From assembly GCA_043754515.1 (NCBI GenBank), contig JAYUUO010000196.1, positions 1-31,141 on the forward strand: a DNA stretch of 31,141 nucleotides, in the 5' to 3' direction. Below the pieces are notes generated by a model. The model saw only the letters and a program-made list of their open reading frames with translations. It was not told the DNA's origin and made no database searches. The DNA is from Armatimonadota bacterium (GTDB lineage: Bacteria > Armatimonadota > Armatimonadia > Armatimonadales > Armatimonadaceae). This document shows positions 1 to 7,199 of the stretch, in pieces; the stretch's first letter is position 1, and every line of letters begins with the position of its first letter. A program made the translations under genes and the position numbers.

Positions 1-1
1 C

Positions 2-748
2 GCCGCCTGCCTCCGGTCGCTCAATCTCCCCTCGGACAAAGCGCATGTGCTGGCGAACGTGCGCGTGACCGGGCGCGGTAGCACCCTGCAAGACCTTCTA
101 GACGCCTGCCCGAATCTCGGAGTGAGCGGCTATGCGGTGACGATCACGGGCAAAGACGCCCTGCTCCGGTTGCCCAAGCCGCTCGTGGCGCATGTCGAGC
201 GCGATCACTTCGTCGGCGTGCTGGACGCAAGCGAGAAGGGGGTAGTCTACCTGTGCACGGACTGCGGACGCTGGCCCGGTGGGCGGGTCGAGGTGACCTG
301 GGAGCAGTGGGAGGTGAACACGTTCGGTGCAGGCGGGCTAGTGTCGCGAGAACGCTACGTGCATACGGCACATATAGAGGGATTCGAGTCGCACTACCTA
401 TTCAACGAGCGCGGCAACGCGAGTGAGGTTGTCAGCGGCTATGACGGGAAGATCCAGGCCCGGTGCGTGACGGACGCGTACGGCAAGACGCGGGTATGGG
501 GCGCGGACGGCGTCTCCGCGCCCGACGCGCGGCTACCGGCTGACCCGTACGCGGGCTTCGGCGGGACAGCGAAAACGCGGCGTTTTGCGCGAGTACGTCT
601 ACTACGCGGATTCCGAAACGGGACTCATCCTGTGTACGTTCCGTTACTACGACCCGAACACGGGCCGGTGGATCAACCGAGACCCCATCGGCTTCGGCGG
701 CGTCAACCTCTACGCTTATGTCAAGGGAAACCCCGTCAATTTTGTTGA
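2..748 (+). pseudogene. 5'-partial Rhs-associated gene: peptidase C39-like domain fused directly to the last Rhs repeats; Rhs homology leaves this frame at ~565
   Basis: Frame is open from the window edge. GSTLQDLLDAC..LG...LPKPLVAHVERDHFVGV resembles the C39 fold, with His in DHFV; the catalytic Cys would lie upstream of the window. It is followed by VNTFGAGGLVSR...YLFNERGN...DAYG...DPYAGFGG (Rhs pre-core). After the 25-nt insert at 566-590 the translation is no longer Rhs-like. Confidence 0.7.
537..595 (+). repeat. 59-bp exact direct repeat, copy 1, containing a 25-nt palindromic insert (566-590)
   Basis: CGGCTGACCCGTACGCGGGCTTCGGCGGGACAGCGAAAACGCGGCGTTTTGCGCGAGTA is identical at 537-595 and 2662-2720. 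Inner inverted repeat AAAACG-CGG-CGTTTT. Confidence 0.95.
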
Positions 749-1307
749 CCCTTCGGGTGCCGTAGGTACCAGATTGTCTAAAGATCAAGCGAAAGTCGTT
801 CAAAGCGCGATCAACATGGTGCGATTAGGTGGTTACACTGGGACCGCGAACGAGGCTCAAAAGATTCTGACGACGGGGAACTACACGTTCGTGCCTGTTC
901 TTGTAGATCCGGAAACTAATAAACCTCTTGACACTGTACTTGCACCCACTGTACCGGGAACGTCTGCGTCGGAACTGTCGAATGCCTTCTTCGGCAGAGG
1001 CTATCAAGGGTCTCTACTGTCACCAATCGAAAAACTCACCGCCGCAGCATTCAATTCTCTAGCCACGAAAGCTGGAACAATAGTTCATGAACTTGTTCAT
1101 GCGCATCAGGACGGCGGGGGCGGGGGGTGTAGCAATAACCCACCATCAGAGCCAGAGGCCTACAACCGTGAGTTACAATTCTTGGAAGTCTTGCGCATAG
1201 CTCTGAAGAGACTACCATCGGACTTAGCATCTAAGCTCCCACGCGACTGGGAATCAGCCCTGGATGGTGTAGTGAATGATGCGAAAACATCGAGAGACTC
1301 ACTCTAG
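585..1307 (+). CDS. Rhs repeat-associated core plus C-terminal toxin domain with HExxH zinc-metallopeptidase motif
   Basis: YYADSETGL...RYYDPNTGRWINRDPIGFGGVNLYAYVKGNPVNFVDPSG is the canonical Rhs core ending in DPxG. The C-terminal part has TIVHELVHAHQ and a downstream E..AY, and is visibly more AT-rich. The TTG start lies inside the palindromic insert, so the true start is uncertain. Confidence 0.85.
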   Translation: MREYVYYADSETGLILCTFRYYDPNTGRWINRDPIGFGGVNLYAYVKGNPVNFVDPSGAVGTRLSKDQAKVVQSAINMVRLGGYTGTANEAQKILTTGNYTFVPVLVDPETNKPLDTVLAPTVPGTSASELSNAFFGRGYQGSLLSPIEKLTAAAFNSLATKAGTIVHELVHAHQDGGGGGCSNNPPSEPEAYNRELQFLEVLRIALKRLPSDLASKLPRDWESALDGVVNDAKTSRDSL

Positions 1308-1438
1308 ACAACTGTGTTGCCTTCTTCTCAGGCAAGTCCGGACTAATCTTAGAACCTTCTGTATGCAACCGGCTCGTGTCTGGTGTAAAAGGATCGGGGG
1401 GTTGCGCGGGAACGGGTTCATTCTACTTAGGACAAAAC

Positions 1439-1957
1439 ATGACTTACTCAAAAACATCCCGCGAAAAATACGTGGTGTGCTATCTCCTTTTATCTCTGAT
1501 TCTCGTCCTCGTGGGCCTCAGACGGATTCAGCACGAAAAGCGGATGAAGTACAGAGAAGAACAGATGCTACGTATCTACGAACACCGCAACCGTGTACAG
1601 AGTGCATGGGATATTATGGATGTTCTCTACGACTACATGGCGAAACATGACGGTCGTCTGCCGGGCACCGTGGGAGCTGATAGCCAGAGCCAGTGGTGTG
1701 ACGCCGTGAAGTCTCACATTTCGAGCTACAATCCCGTAGTCAACAGCGATCCCTGCACTCTCCAGATCGCGCACAAGTATTCGTACAAATTCCTGTTCGA
1801 CACGAAGTACTCCGGCAGGGTCTTGAACGGGGATGATCTTAATAAGAAGGTCTACCTGGTGAGAAGCGTCGAGGACAGCACCGTTGTGATCACCTTATCC
1901 GACCTCGACCCGGACTTGATGCCAACTTTTACCCGTGCGAAGGCGGCTGGCAGATGA
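1439..1957 (+). CDS. Membrane-anchored protein in the immunity position; weak DUF1559/pilin-like resemblance
   Basis: ATG at 1439 with AGGA 6 nt upstream. N-terminal hydrophobic helix VVCYLLLSLILVLVGL. LYDYMAKHDGRLPG...WCDAV recalls the Y..D.dg.lP...W pattern of DUF1559-type proteins. AT-rich like the adjacent toxin tip. Confidence 0.65.
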   Translation: MTYSKTSREKYVVCYLLLSLILVLVGLRRIQHEKRMKYREEQMLRIYEHRNRVQSAWDIMDVLYDYMAKHDGRLPGTVGADSQSQWCDAVKSHISSYNPVVNSDPCTLQIAHKYSYKFLFDTKYSGRVLNGDDLNKKVYLVRSVEDSTVVITLSDLDPDLMPTFTRAKAAGR

Positions 1958-2834
1958 ACTGGTCGCGGATCCGTTCGCTTACCTTTACGACGTTGCCGGT
2001 CGCATGACGCGGCTCGTCAACCCGCACGGCGAGGCGACTACCTGGGCCTACACGGACGACGATCAGATAGCGCGGCAGGCGGGCGCGTGGGGACTGGCGA
2101 CGGACTACACGTACGACGCGCAGAACCAGCTGACGGGCGGGCAGGGACTCGGCGCGTTCGCCTACGACGAGCGCGGCAACCCGACCACCTACAACGGGGC
2201 GAGCGTCGCCTTCGACGCGGACAACAACGCGACGGACTTCGGGGGTCTGCTGTCGGCAGGCTACATGTCGGGCGGGTTGCGGGCGTGGAAGCAGACGCCA
2301 GGTGGCCAGCGGGCGTACTTCCTCTACGACGGCGCGACCCCGGTGCTGGAACTGGCGAAGAAGGTCACGTACAGCGGCCTGGTGGACCCGGACACCGGGC
2401 TACAACCGTTCACCGTCTCGTGGCGCGCGGAGGCGGTCAACACGTGGGGGGCGGGCGGGCTGGTGTCGCGGGCCGCGTACCGGGGCGGGGGCGGGTACGG
2501 CCAGCCAGTACAGTTCGTGCCGTCGTATTACGCCTACGACGAGCGGGGGAATGCGAGCGAGGTGATCGGGGCGGGCGGGCAGGTCAGGACGCGGCACGTC
2601 ACGGACGCGTACGGGAACACGAGTACGTTTAACCCCGATGGCACAGCGTTCACCGGCGGGACGGCTGACCCGTACGCGGGCTTCGGCGGGACAGCGAAAA
2701 CGCGGCGTTTTGCGCGAGTATGGATACTACACGGACGCCGAGACGGGACTCGTGCTGTGTACGCGCCGCTACTACGACCCGAACACGGGCCGCTGGATCA
2801 ACCGCGACCCCATCGGCTTCGCGGGCGGCGTTAA
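1935..2834 (+). pseudogene. Orphan Rhs/YD-repeat fragment; Rhs homology leaves this frame at ~2690
   Basis: YD repeats (YLYDVAGRMT, YTYDAQNQLT, FAYDERGNPT, FLYDG, YAYDERGN) and DPYAGFGG, then the 25-nt insert at 2691-2715. No convincing start codon/RBS. Confidence 0.8.
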
Positions 2835-3441
2835 CCTGTACGGTTATGTCAAGGGAAACCCCATCAACGCCGTCGATCCTTCAGGGCTTTGCGGTGACGG
2901 CGGAAGTGGAGGTGGTAAAAAGAAGCATGCTTTTGTTTTTGTAGGGAATACCTCGGTATTTCCAGTGGTCGACTGGTTCATAGACGAAGGGGTCCGACAT
3001 GATGCCGAAGATCTCCGCGACTTCTTCAGAAGTAAAGGTTATGACACGAGAATCGAATGGTATGCCACCAAAGATATAATCGTAAAAGATCTGGCGCATG
3101 CGAACGCCATGGCGTTCATAGGTCATAACACCTCGCCCGATTTACACATAGGCAAGGTAGATTTGGGAACAGCCGAAGGCGATGGCATGGGCCCCTACGA
3201 TCTTGTTGAGGCAATCAATCCGGGGAAAAACCTTATGACTACGAATGCAGCTGAGAAAGGAAGACACTTAGACTTCGCAATCTTCCACGCACGCTATACA
3301 AATACTCAGGAACTGCGGGATGTGACTACCGGGACATATGGGGTCTTTTTTGGAGCAAACGAAGGCTGGGACCCAGTACTCAGAGTCGATACTAAATGGG
3401 GAATCAAAGCTGGTGCCTTTCCCAATATATTTTCACCATAA
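2638..3441 (+). CDS. Rhs repeat-associated core (homology starts at 2716) plus C-terminal caspase/CHAT-like domain
   Basis: EYGYYTDAETGL...RYYDPNTGRWINRDPIGFAGGVNLYGYVKGNPINAVDPSG core. The C-terminal pattern AFVFVG...DAEDL..FF..KGY...AT...FIGH...FHAR fits the caspase-hemoglobinase fold order. The tip is AT-rich. Confidence 0.8.
   Translation: MAQRSPAGRLTRTRASAGQRKRGVLREYGYYTDAETGLVLCTRRYYDPNTGRWINRDPIGFAGGVNLYGYVKGNPINAVDPSGLCGDGGSGGGKKKHAFVFVGNTSVFPVVDWFIDEGVRHDAEDLRDFFRSKGYDTRIEWYATKDIIVKDLAHANAMAFIGHNTSPDLHIGKVDLGTAEGDGMGPYDLVEAINPGKNLMTTNAAEKGRHLDFAIFHARYTNTQELRDVTTGTYGVFFGANEGWDPVLRVDTKWGIKAGAFPNIFSP
2662..2720 (+). repeat. 59-bp exact direct repeat, copy 2, containing the 25-nt palindromic insert (2691-2715)
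   Basis: Base-for-base identical to 537-595, while the flanking Rhs sequences are clearly diverged. Confidence 0.95.
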
Positions 3442-3450
3442 GGCTACTCT

Positions 3451-4278
3451 ATGACAACCCCAATCAAACCGTGCGCGACGCCCCCCAACAGAGGAGTCAT
3501 CATTTTGGGAACGACCGCTTGCCTGATCCTGATCGGCGTCGCGGTGAACCAGAACACGCTCGCCCAAGACCGGAAGAGGGAGACGAGGCGGAAAAACATC
3601 ATGGCTTCCGTGGCGGGGCATGGGGCAAGTCTCTTCTATTTGGAGACAGGCTACAACCCCTTCTACGATTCGCCGACCCGCCACGCGGCGGACTGGTTCC
3701 CGCGTCTGGGGAGCGGCTCGGCGGTGCGCCGGTACGCGATGACGCTCGGCGCACGGGTGGAGGGGGGCACTCTCGTGACCTGGGGGACCTACCCCTCCGG
3801 CTCCGGGCGCGTGGTGACACGCCGGAACACCCACTGGGGCACGAACACCTCGGCGCGGGCGGCCACCGGGAAGCGCGTGCGGTTCCTCGCCTCGGGTTAC
3901 GCGGCCCAGGCAACGTTCTTCGCGACGATCAACGCGGAGCTTCGCCAAGGATTCTGCGGCTATGACCACGCGGGGAGTTGCGTCGTAAGCCCCGCCCCTT
4001 CCCCCCTTCTGACGCACGCGCCGCAGACTGCCGGCGAGGTCCCGGCTTACAAAGGTTGGCTGGCGTTGAACCTGGGGCCGGGCTTCCTGGACGACGGGTG
4101 GGGCCGCCCGATGAAGGCGACATGGAACAACGGACGCCTGTGCCCTCGGAGCGCGGGCGAGGACGGCATCTTCGGCACGCGCGACGATATAGTAGCCCCA
4201 CTTTCCGCTACACCAGTCGGGGCCGCGACGACATTCCGGCCCGCCCGTCAGCCGGGTCGGGGCGGGCGATCCGGTTAA
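3451..4278 (+). CDS. Membrane-anchored protein with a T2SS GspG-like pseudopilin C-terminal motif, in the immunity position
   Basis: ATG 9 nt after the toxin stop, with AAGG upstream. N-terminal RG|VIILGTTACLILIGVAV hydrophobic helix. C-terminal DGWGRP...RSAGEDGIFGTRDDI matches the GspG D(P/G)WG.P...S.GpDG..GT.DDI motif. Confidence 0.7.
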   Translation: MTTPIKPCATPPNRGVIILGTTACLILIGVAVNQNTLAQDRKRETRRKNIMASVAGHGASLFYLETGYNPFYDSPTRHAADWFPRLGSGSAVRRYAMTLGARVEGGTLVTWGTYPSGSGRVVTRRNTHWGTNTSARAATGKRVRFLASGYAAQATFFATINAELRQGFCGYDHAGSCVVSPAPSPLLTHAPQTAGEVPAYKGWLALNLGPGFLDDGWGRPMKATWNNGRLCPRSAGEDGIFGTRDDIVAPLSATPVGAATTFRPARQPGRGGRSG

Positions 4279-4300
4279 CCGACAACCCATCCCGCCCTAT

Positions 4301-6367
4301 TCAGAACCGCGCCCCGACGAGATCGAACTGGAACCGGCGCGATGTGGAGGAGTAGTAGACCGCGAGGTCGCGCCCGCCGAGCCGGTAGAAAACGCCGTAC
4401 TCCAGTTCGTTGAACCGCTGGCTGTACGCGCCCGGATACTGCGACGTGAAGAACCGCGTCCGCGTGCGCCACGGCCCGCCGAGCGCGAGATTGAACTCCG
4501 CCGACACGTTGTCACTCACGACGTCGAGGCCGCGTGACGCGCCTACCGAAAATGTCGCGGCGCGGAACGGTTCGGAGAAGAGGCTGAACCCGACCCGGTG
4601 CCGCCCGACCGAGCCGGTCGTAAAGCCGTTCGTGAGCGGCGTCTGCGTGAAATCATAGGTCAGGTTCGCCGAACTAGTGCGCCTAAACCGGTAGCTGAAC
4701 GCCGTCGTGCCGAGCACCGTGCCGCCGGTCTGCGGCACGCCGAGCTGGTCCCGCTTTTGCGCCACGACCCACGTCTGACCCAGGGAAAGGGACTGCGACA
4801 CCGTGACGGCGCGGGCGACCGGCAGTTGCGGCGTGGTCAGGCGGAGCGTCGTGTAGTGTGTGTCCACGAAGCCGCGCCCTTCCGCGTTCAGCCCGTAGAA
4901 CGTCTGACGCCCGGTGCCGATGTTCAGCGAGTAGTTAAGTTGTCGGGAACGGAGCACGGGACGCGGGTCGGTCGCGCCGTATAGTTGCGTCCGCAGATCG
5001 CCCCCGGACGGGTTCCGGTTCCCCGAACCGTCCGCGCGGGAGGGCGAATACGAGCCGCTCCCGCTCCCGTTGAGCGTGACCGACCCGAAGCGGTGCGACA
5101 GATTCATAGTGCCGAACAAGTCGCTGTGATTCGGCGTGTCCATGTACAGGTTGCCGTCCACTTTGCCCGGCAGACGCTCGGCGTGGCGCAGGTACGCCCC
5201 CCAGTCGGCGCGCGATACGCCGGTTATCTGGGCGGTTCCCTCGCTCTGCTTCGTGTTGTAGTTCTGCTCCATGTCGAACGACCAGCCAGGTTTGTTGGAG
5301 TACGCCGACGAGCCGACGAGCGAGCCGCGCCGTATGTGCAGGGTGTTGACCCCGCCCGGCTGAACGTTGAGGTAGAGCGGGAAGTCCACCGTCACTCCCC
5401 GCGAGTTGAACCCGACGACCTGCTCCGCGAACAACTCCTTCGAGTTGAGCGGCATGACGTGGAACGGGAGCGACGCCGTTTTTACGCCGTCCAGGTAAAA
5501 AGTCGCGCCGCGAAACTGAATGCTATGCCCTTGCTGTATCGCGATACTTTTCGCGGTGATCGCGACGTGACTCTCGGAAATGTCATCGAGTTGGAAGGTC
5601 TGATAGGTGACACCGCCGCGCGAGCCGTCCACCGGAGGCCGCTCCGTGACGACGGGGGAAAGATCCACCCAGATCGGGATGGGGCGTCCGCTCTCGTCCG
5701 GCCGCTCGCCGACGCCCTGCCCGCTCATCAGGTTCAGGCGCAGGTTCGCGTAGAGCGGCTTCTTGTCGTCGGCACCCAGCCGGACGTTACCACTCGCGAT
5801 CACGTCACCGGAACCGACCACGTACTGCAACGCGTCGGCGCGGAGCGTGATCGCCCGGAACGACAGTCTCGCGCCGCCGTCCTTGCCGTTCGCCTGTACG
5901 ATACCCTTGTCGGCGGCGTAGCCCGTGTACTGTCCGCCGCTAACACGCACCCATTGCGGCCCGATTTCGGCGGCGTCGGCGTCGTTCGAGAACACGACCG
6001 TGATCTGGGCGGGCGTCGCGCGCCCTCCCGTTTCCAGGTTCGCCGTGATCAGGGCGGCGGCGGGAAGGTCGCCGGAGGTGAGCACGACGCGGGCGACGCC
6101 GTTCTGCGTCGTGGCGAGCGTGTTATCGAGACGCCCAGCGGTGACGGCGAAGCGCACCTGCGTGCCGTCGGGCACGACGCGCCCCTCGCCGTCGCGCACC
6201 TCGGCGGTGATAACGGTGGTGCTACGCCCGTCGGCTTTGATCGTGAACGGCGCGGCGGTGAGGCGAACAGTGGCGAGTCCCTGCGCCCGCGCCGTGGTCG
6301 GGGCGAGCAGACAGGACAGGGAAGCGAGGCCGCCGAGCGTGGCGGCGTAGTACGGGGAGTTACGCAT
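4301..6367 (-). CDS. Exported protein: invasin/Big_1 Ig domain + OstA/LptD-like N-domain + probable outer-membrane beta-barrel
   Basis: Signal peptide ending ARA. IKADGRSTTVITAEVRD..G..VPDGT.V.F is a Big_1/invasin pattern. ITLRADALQY...ASGNVRL is OstA-like. The C-terminal half has alternating amphipathic strands and ends in Phe (FQFDLVGARF). Confidence 0.7.
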   Translation of the reverse strand: MRNSPYYAATLGGLASLSCLLAPTTARAQGLATVRLTAAPFTIKADGRSTTVITAEVRDGEGRVVPDGTQVRFAVTAGRLDNTLATTQNGVARVVLTSGDLPAAALITANLETGGRATPAQITVVFSNDADAAEIGPQWVRVSGGQYTGYAADKGIVQANGKDGGARLSFRAITLRADALQYVVGSGDVIASGNVRLGADDKKPLYANLRLNLMSGQGVGERPDESGRPIPIWVDLSPVVTERPPVDGSRGGVTYQTFQLDDISESHVAITAKSIAIQQGHSIQFRGATFYLDGVKTASLPFHVMPLNSKELFAEQVVGFNSRGVTVDFPLYLNVQPGGVNTLHIRRGSLVGSSAYSNKPGWSFDMEQNYNTKQSEGTAQITGVSRADWGAYLRHAERLPGKVDGNLYMDTPNHSDLFGTMNLSHRFGSVTLNGSGSGSYSPSRADGSGNRNPSGGDLRTQLYGATDPRPVLRSRQLNYSLNIGTGRQTFYGLNAEGRGFVDTHYTTLRLTTPQLPVARAVTVSQSLSLGQTWVVAQKRDQLGVPQTGGTVLGTTAFSYRFRRTSSANLTYDFTQTPLTNGFTTGSVGRHRVGFSLFSEPFRAATFSVGASRGLDVVSDNVSAEFNLALGGPWRTRTRFFTSQYPGAYSQRFNELEYGVFYRLGGRDLAVYYSSTSRRFQFDLVGARF

Positions 6368-6399
6368 AAAGGCACGGGCACGGGAGCCATGCGCAGGGG

Positions 6400-6432
6400 T
6401 CCGGCCTGCCGTCGGGGGTTCGGCAGGCCGGA
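6400..6432 (-). other. Intergenic GC-rich stem-loop (12-bp stem), no U-tract on the coding strand
   Basis: TCCGGCCTGCCG (6400-6411) / CGGCAGGCCGGA (6421-6432). Confidence 0.75.
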
Positions 6433-6442
6433 TCTCCCGCAG

Positions 6443-7117
6443 CTATTTTTTCTTCTTTTTCGTCTCGACCTTCGGCATCGGGAAGATCGCGCTCACGGTC
6501 TGCTCGGCGACCGTCTCGGCGGCGCGGGCGATAGCGGAGCCTTCCTGACGGGTCGGGGCGACATCGGCGGGCGCGACACCGACCGCCTTTTCCGCGACCG
6601 TGCCCAGTTGGGTACCGTCAACCGCTTTGCGGATCATAGAGACGGTGAACGTCGCGGTTTTGGTCGCCTCGTCGTACTTGTAGTCGGGGACATCCACGAT
6701 CACGTACTCGTCAGCTCCCATCAGCTCCGCGACGCGCTGGGCTATCCGGTCGTCGTCGGTCGGGTTCGCGGCGGACTCGGCTTTGATCAGGTTTTCCGCC
6801 ACGGCGCGTTGCACGGTCGGGAGACGCCGACTGTAAACGAACGCCCCCACCCCGGACATGCTGAGCCGCATCTTAATCGCGTCGGTGATGATGTCCTGGG
6901 CTTTGCGTGCCGACTTGTTGACGACGCCTTTGCTGTCTGGGGTCGCGCCCTGGATCATCGGGGGGAACATCACCAGGTTGGACGGTGGCGCGGCTATCGG
7001 GGCGGTGGTCGCGGACGCCACGGTGGCTTTACTTTTTTGCTGTTGCGCGTTCGCGGCGAGCGGCAGGGCGAGCGCGGCGAGGGCGAGGGCGACAGGGAAC
7101 AGGTTGAAACGTTTCAT
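6443..7117 (-). CDS. Exported protein, CsgG/TolB-N/LpoB-like alpha-beta fold
   Basis: Sec signal MKRFNL...AANA. Pattern LVMFPP...ITDAIKMRL...AQRVAELMGADEYVIVDV..Y...ATFTVS is typical of CsgG-like/TolB-N domains. Lys-rich tail. Confidence 0.6.
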   Translation of the reverse strand: MKRFNLFPVALALAALALPLAANAQQQKSKATVASATTAPIAAPPSNLVMFPPMIQGATPDSKGVVNKSARKAQDIITDAIKMRLSMSGVGAFVYSRRLPTVQRAVAENLIKAESAANPTDDDRIAQRVAELMGADEYVIVDVPDYKYDEATKTATFTVSMIRKAVDGTQLGTVAEKAVGVAPADVAPTRQEGSAIARAAETVAEQTVSAIFPMPKVETKKKKK

Positions 7118-7160
7118 CGTTAGTTTTGGTTATCCAGAGTGCGTTGTTTAAGGAGGTTCC

Positions 7161-7190
7161 CCGCCGCGCCGAGGTCACCCGGCGCGGCGG
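7161..7190 (-). other. Intergenic GC-rich stem-loop (11-bp stem)
   Basis: CCGCCGCGCCG (7161-7171) / CGGCGCGGCGG (7180-7190), 9 nt after the upstream gene's stop. Confidence 0.75.
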
Positions 7191-7199
7191 AAATAGCAT

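Noticed and set aside
566..590. 25-nt insert as an IS/MITE or self-splicing intron
   Set aside because: Far too short, with no transposase or intron core in the window and no unambiguous target-site duplication (only a 2-nt AG).
1954..2007. ATG overlapping the 1957 stop (ATGA) as a coupled start for the second Rhs module
   Set aside because: That ATG is out of the Rhs frame and terminates after 17 codons.
4985..7123. 712-aa plus-strand ORF, and similar long antisense ORFs at 8169-9707 and 16868-18265
   Set aside because: They lie antisense to well-supported genes, are Arg/Val/Gly-rich with no motifs, and are the expected shadow frames of high-GC coding DNA.
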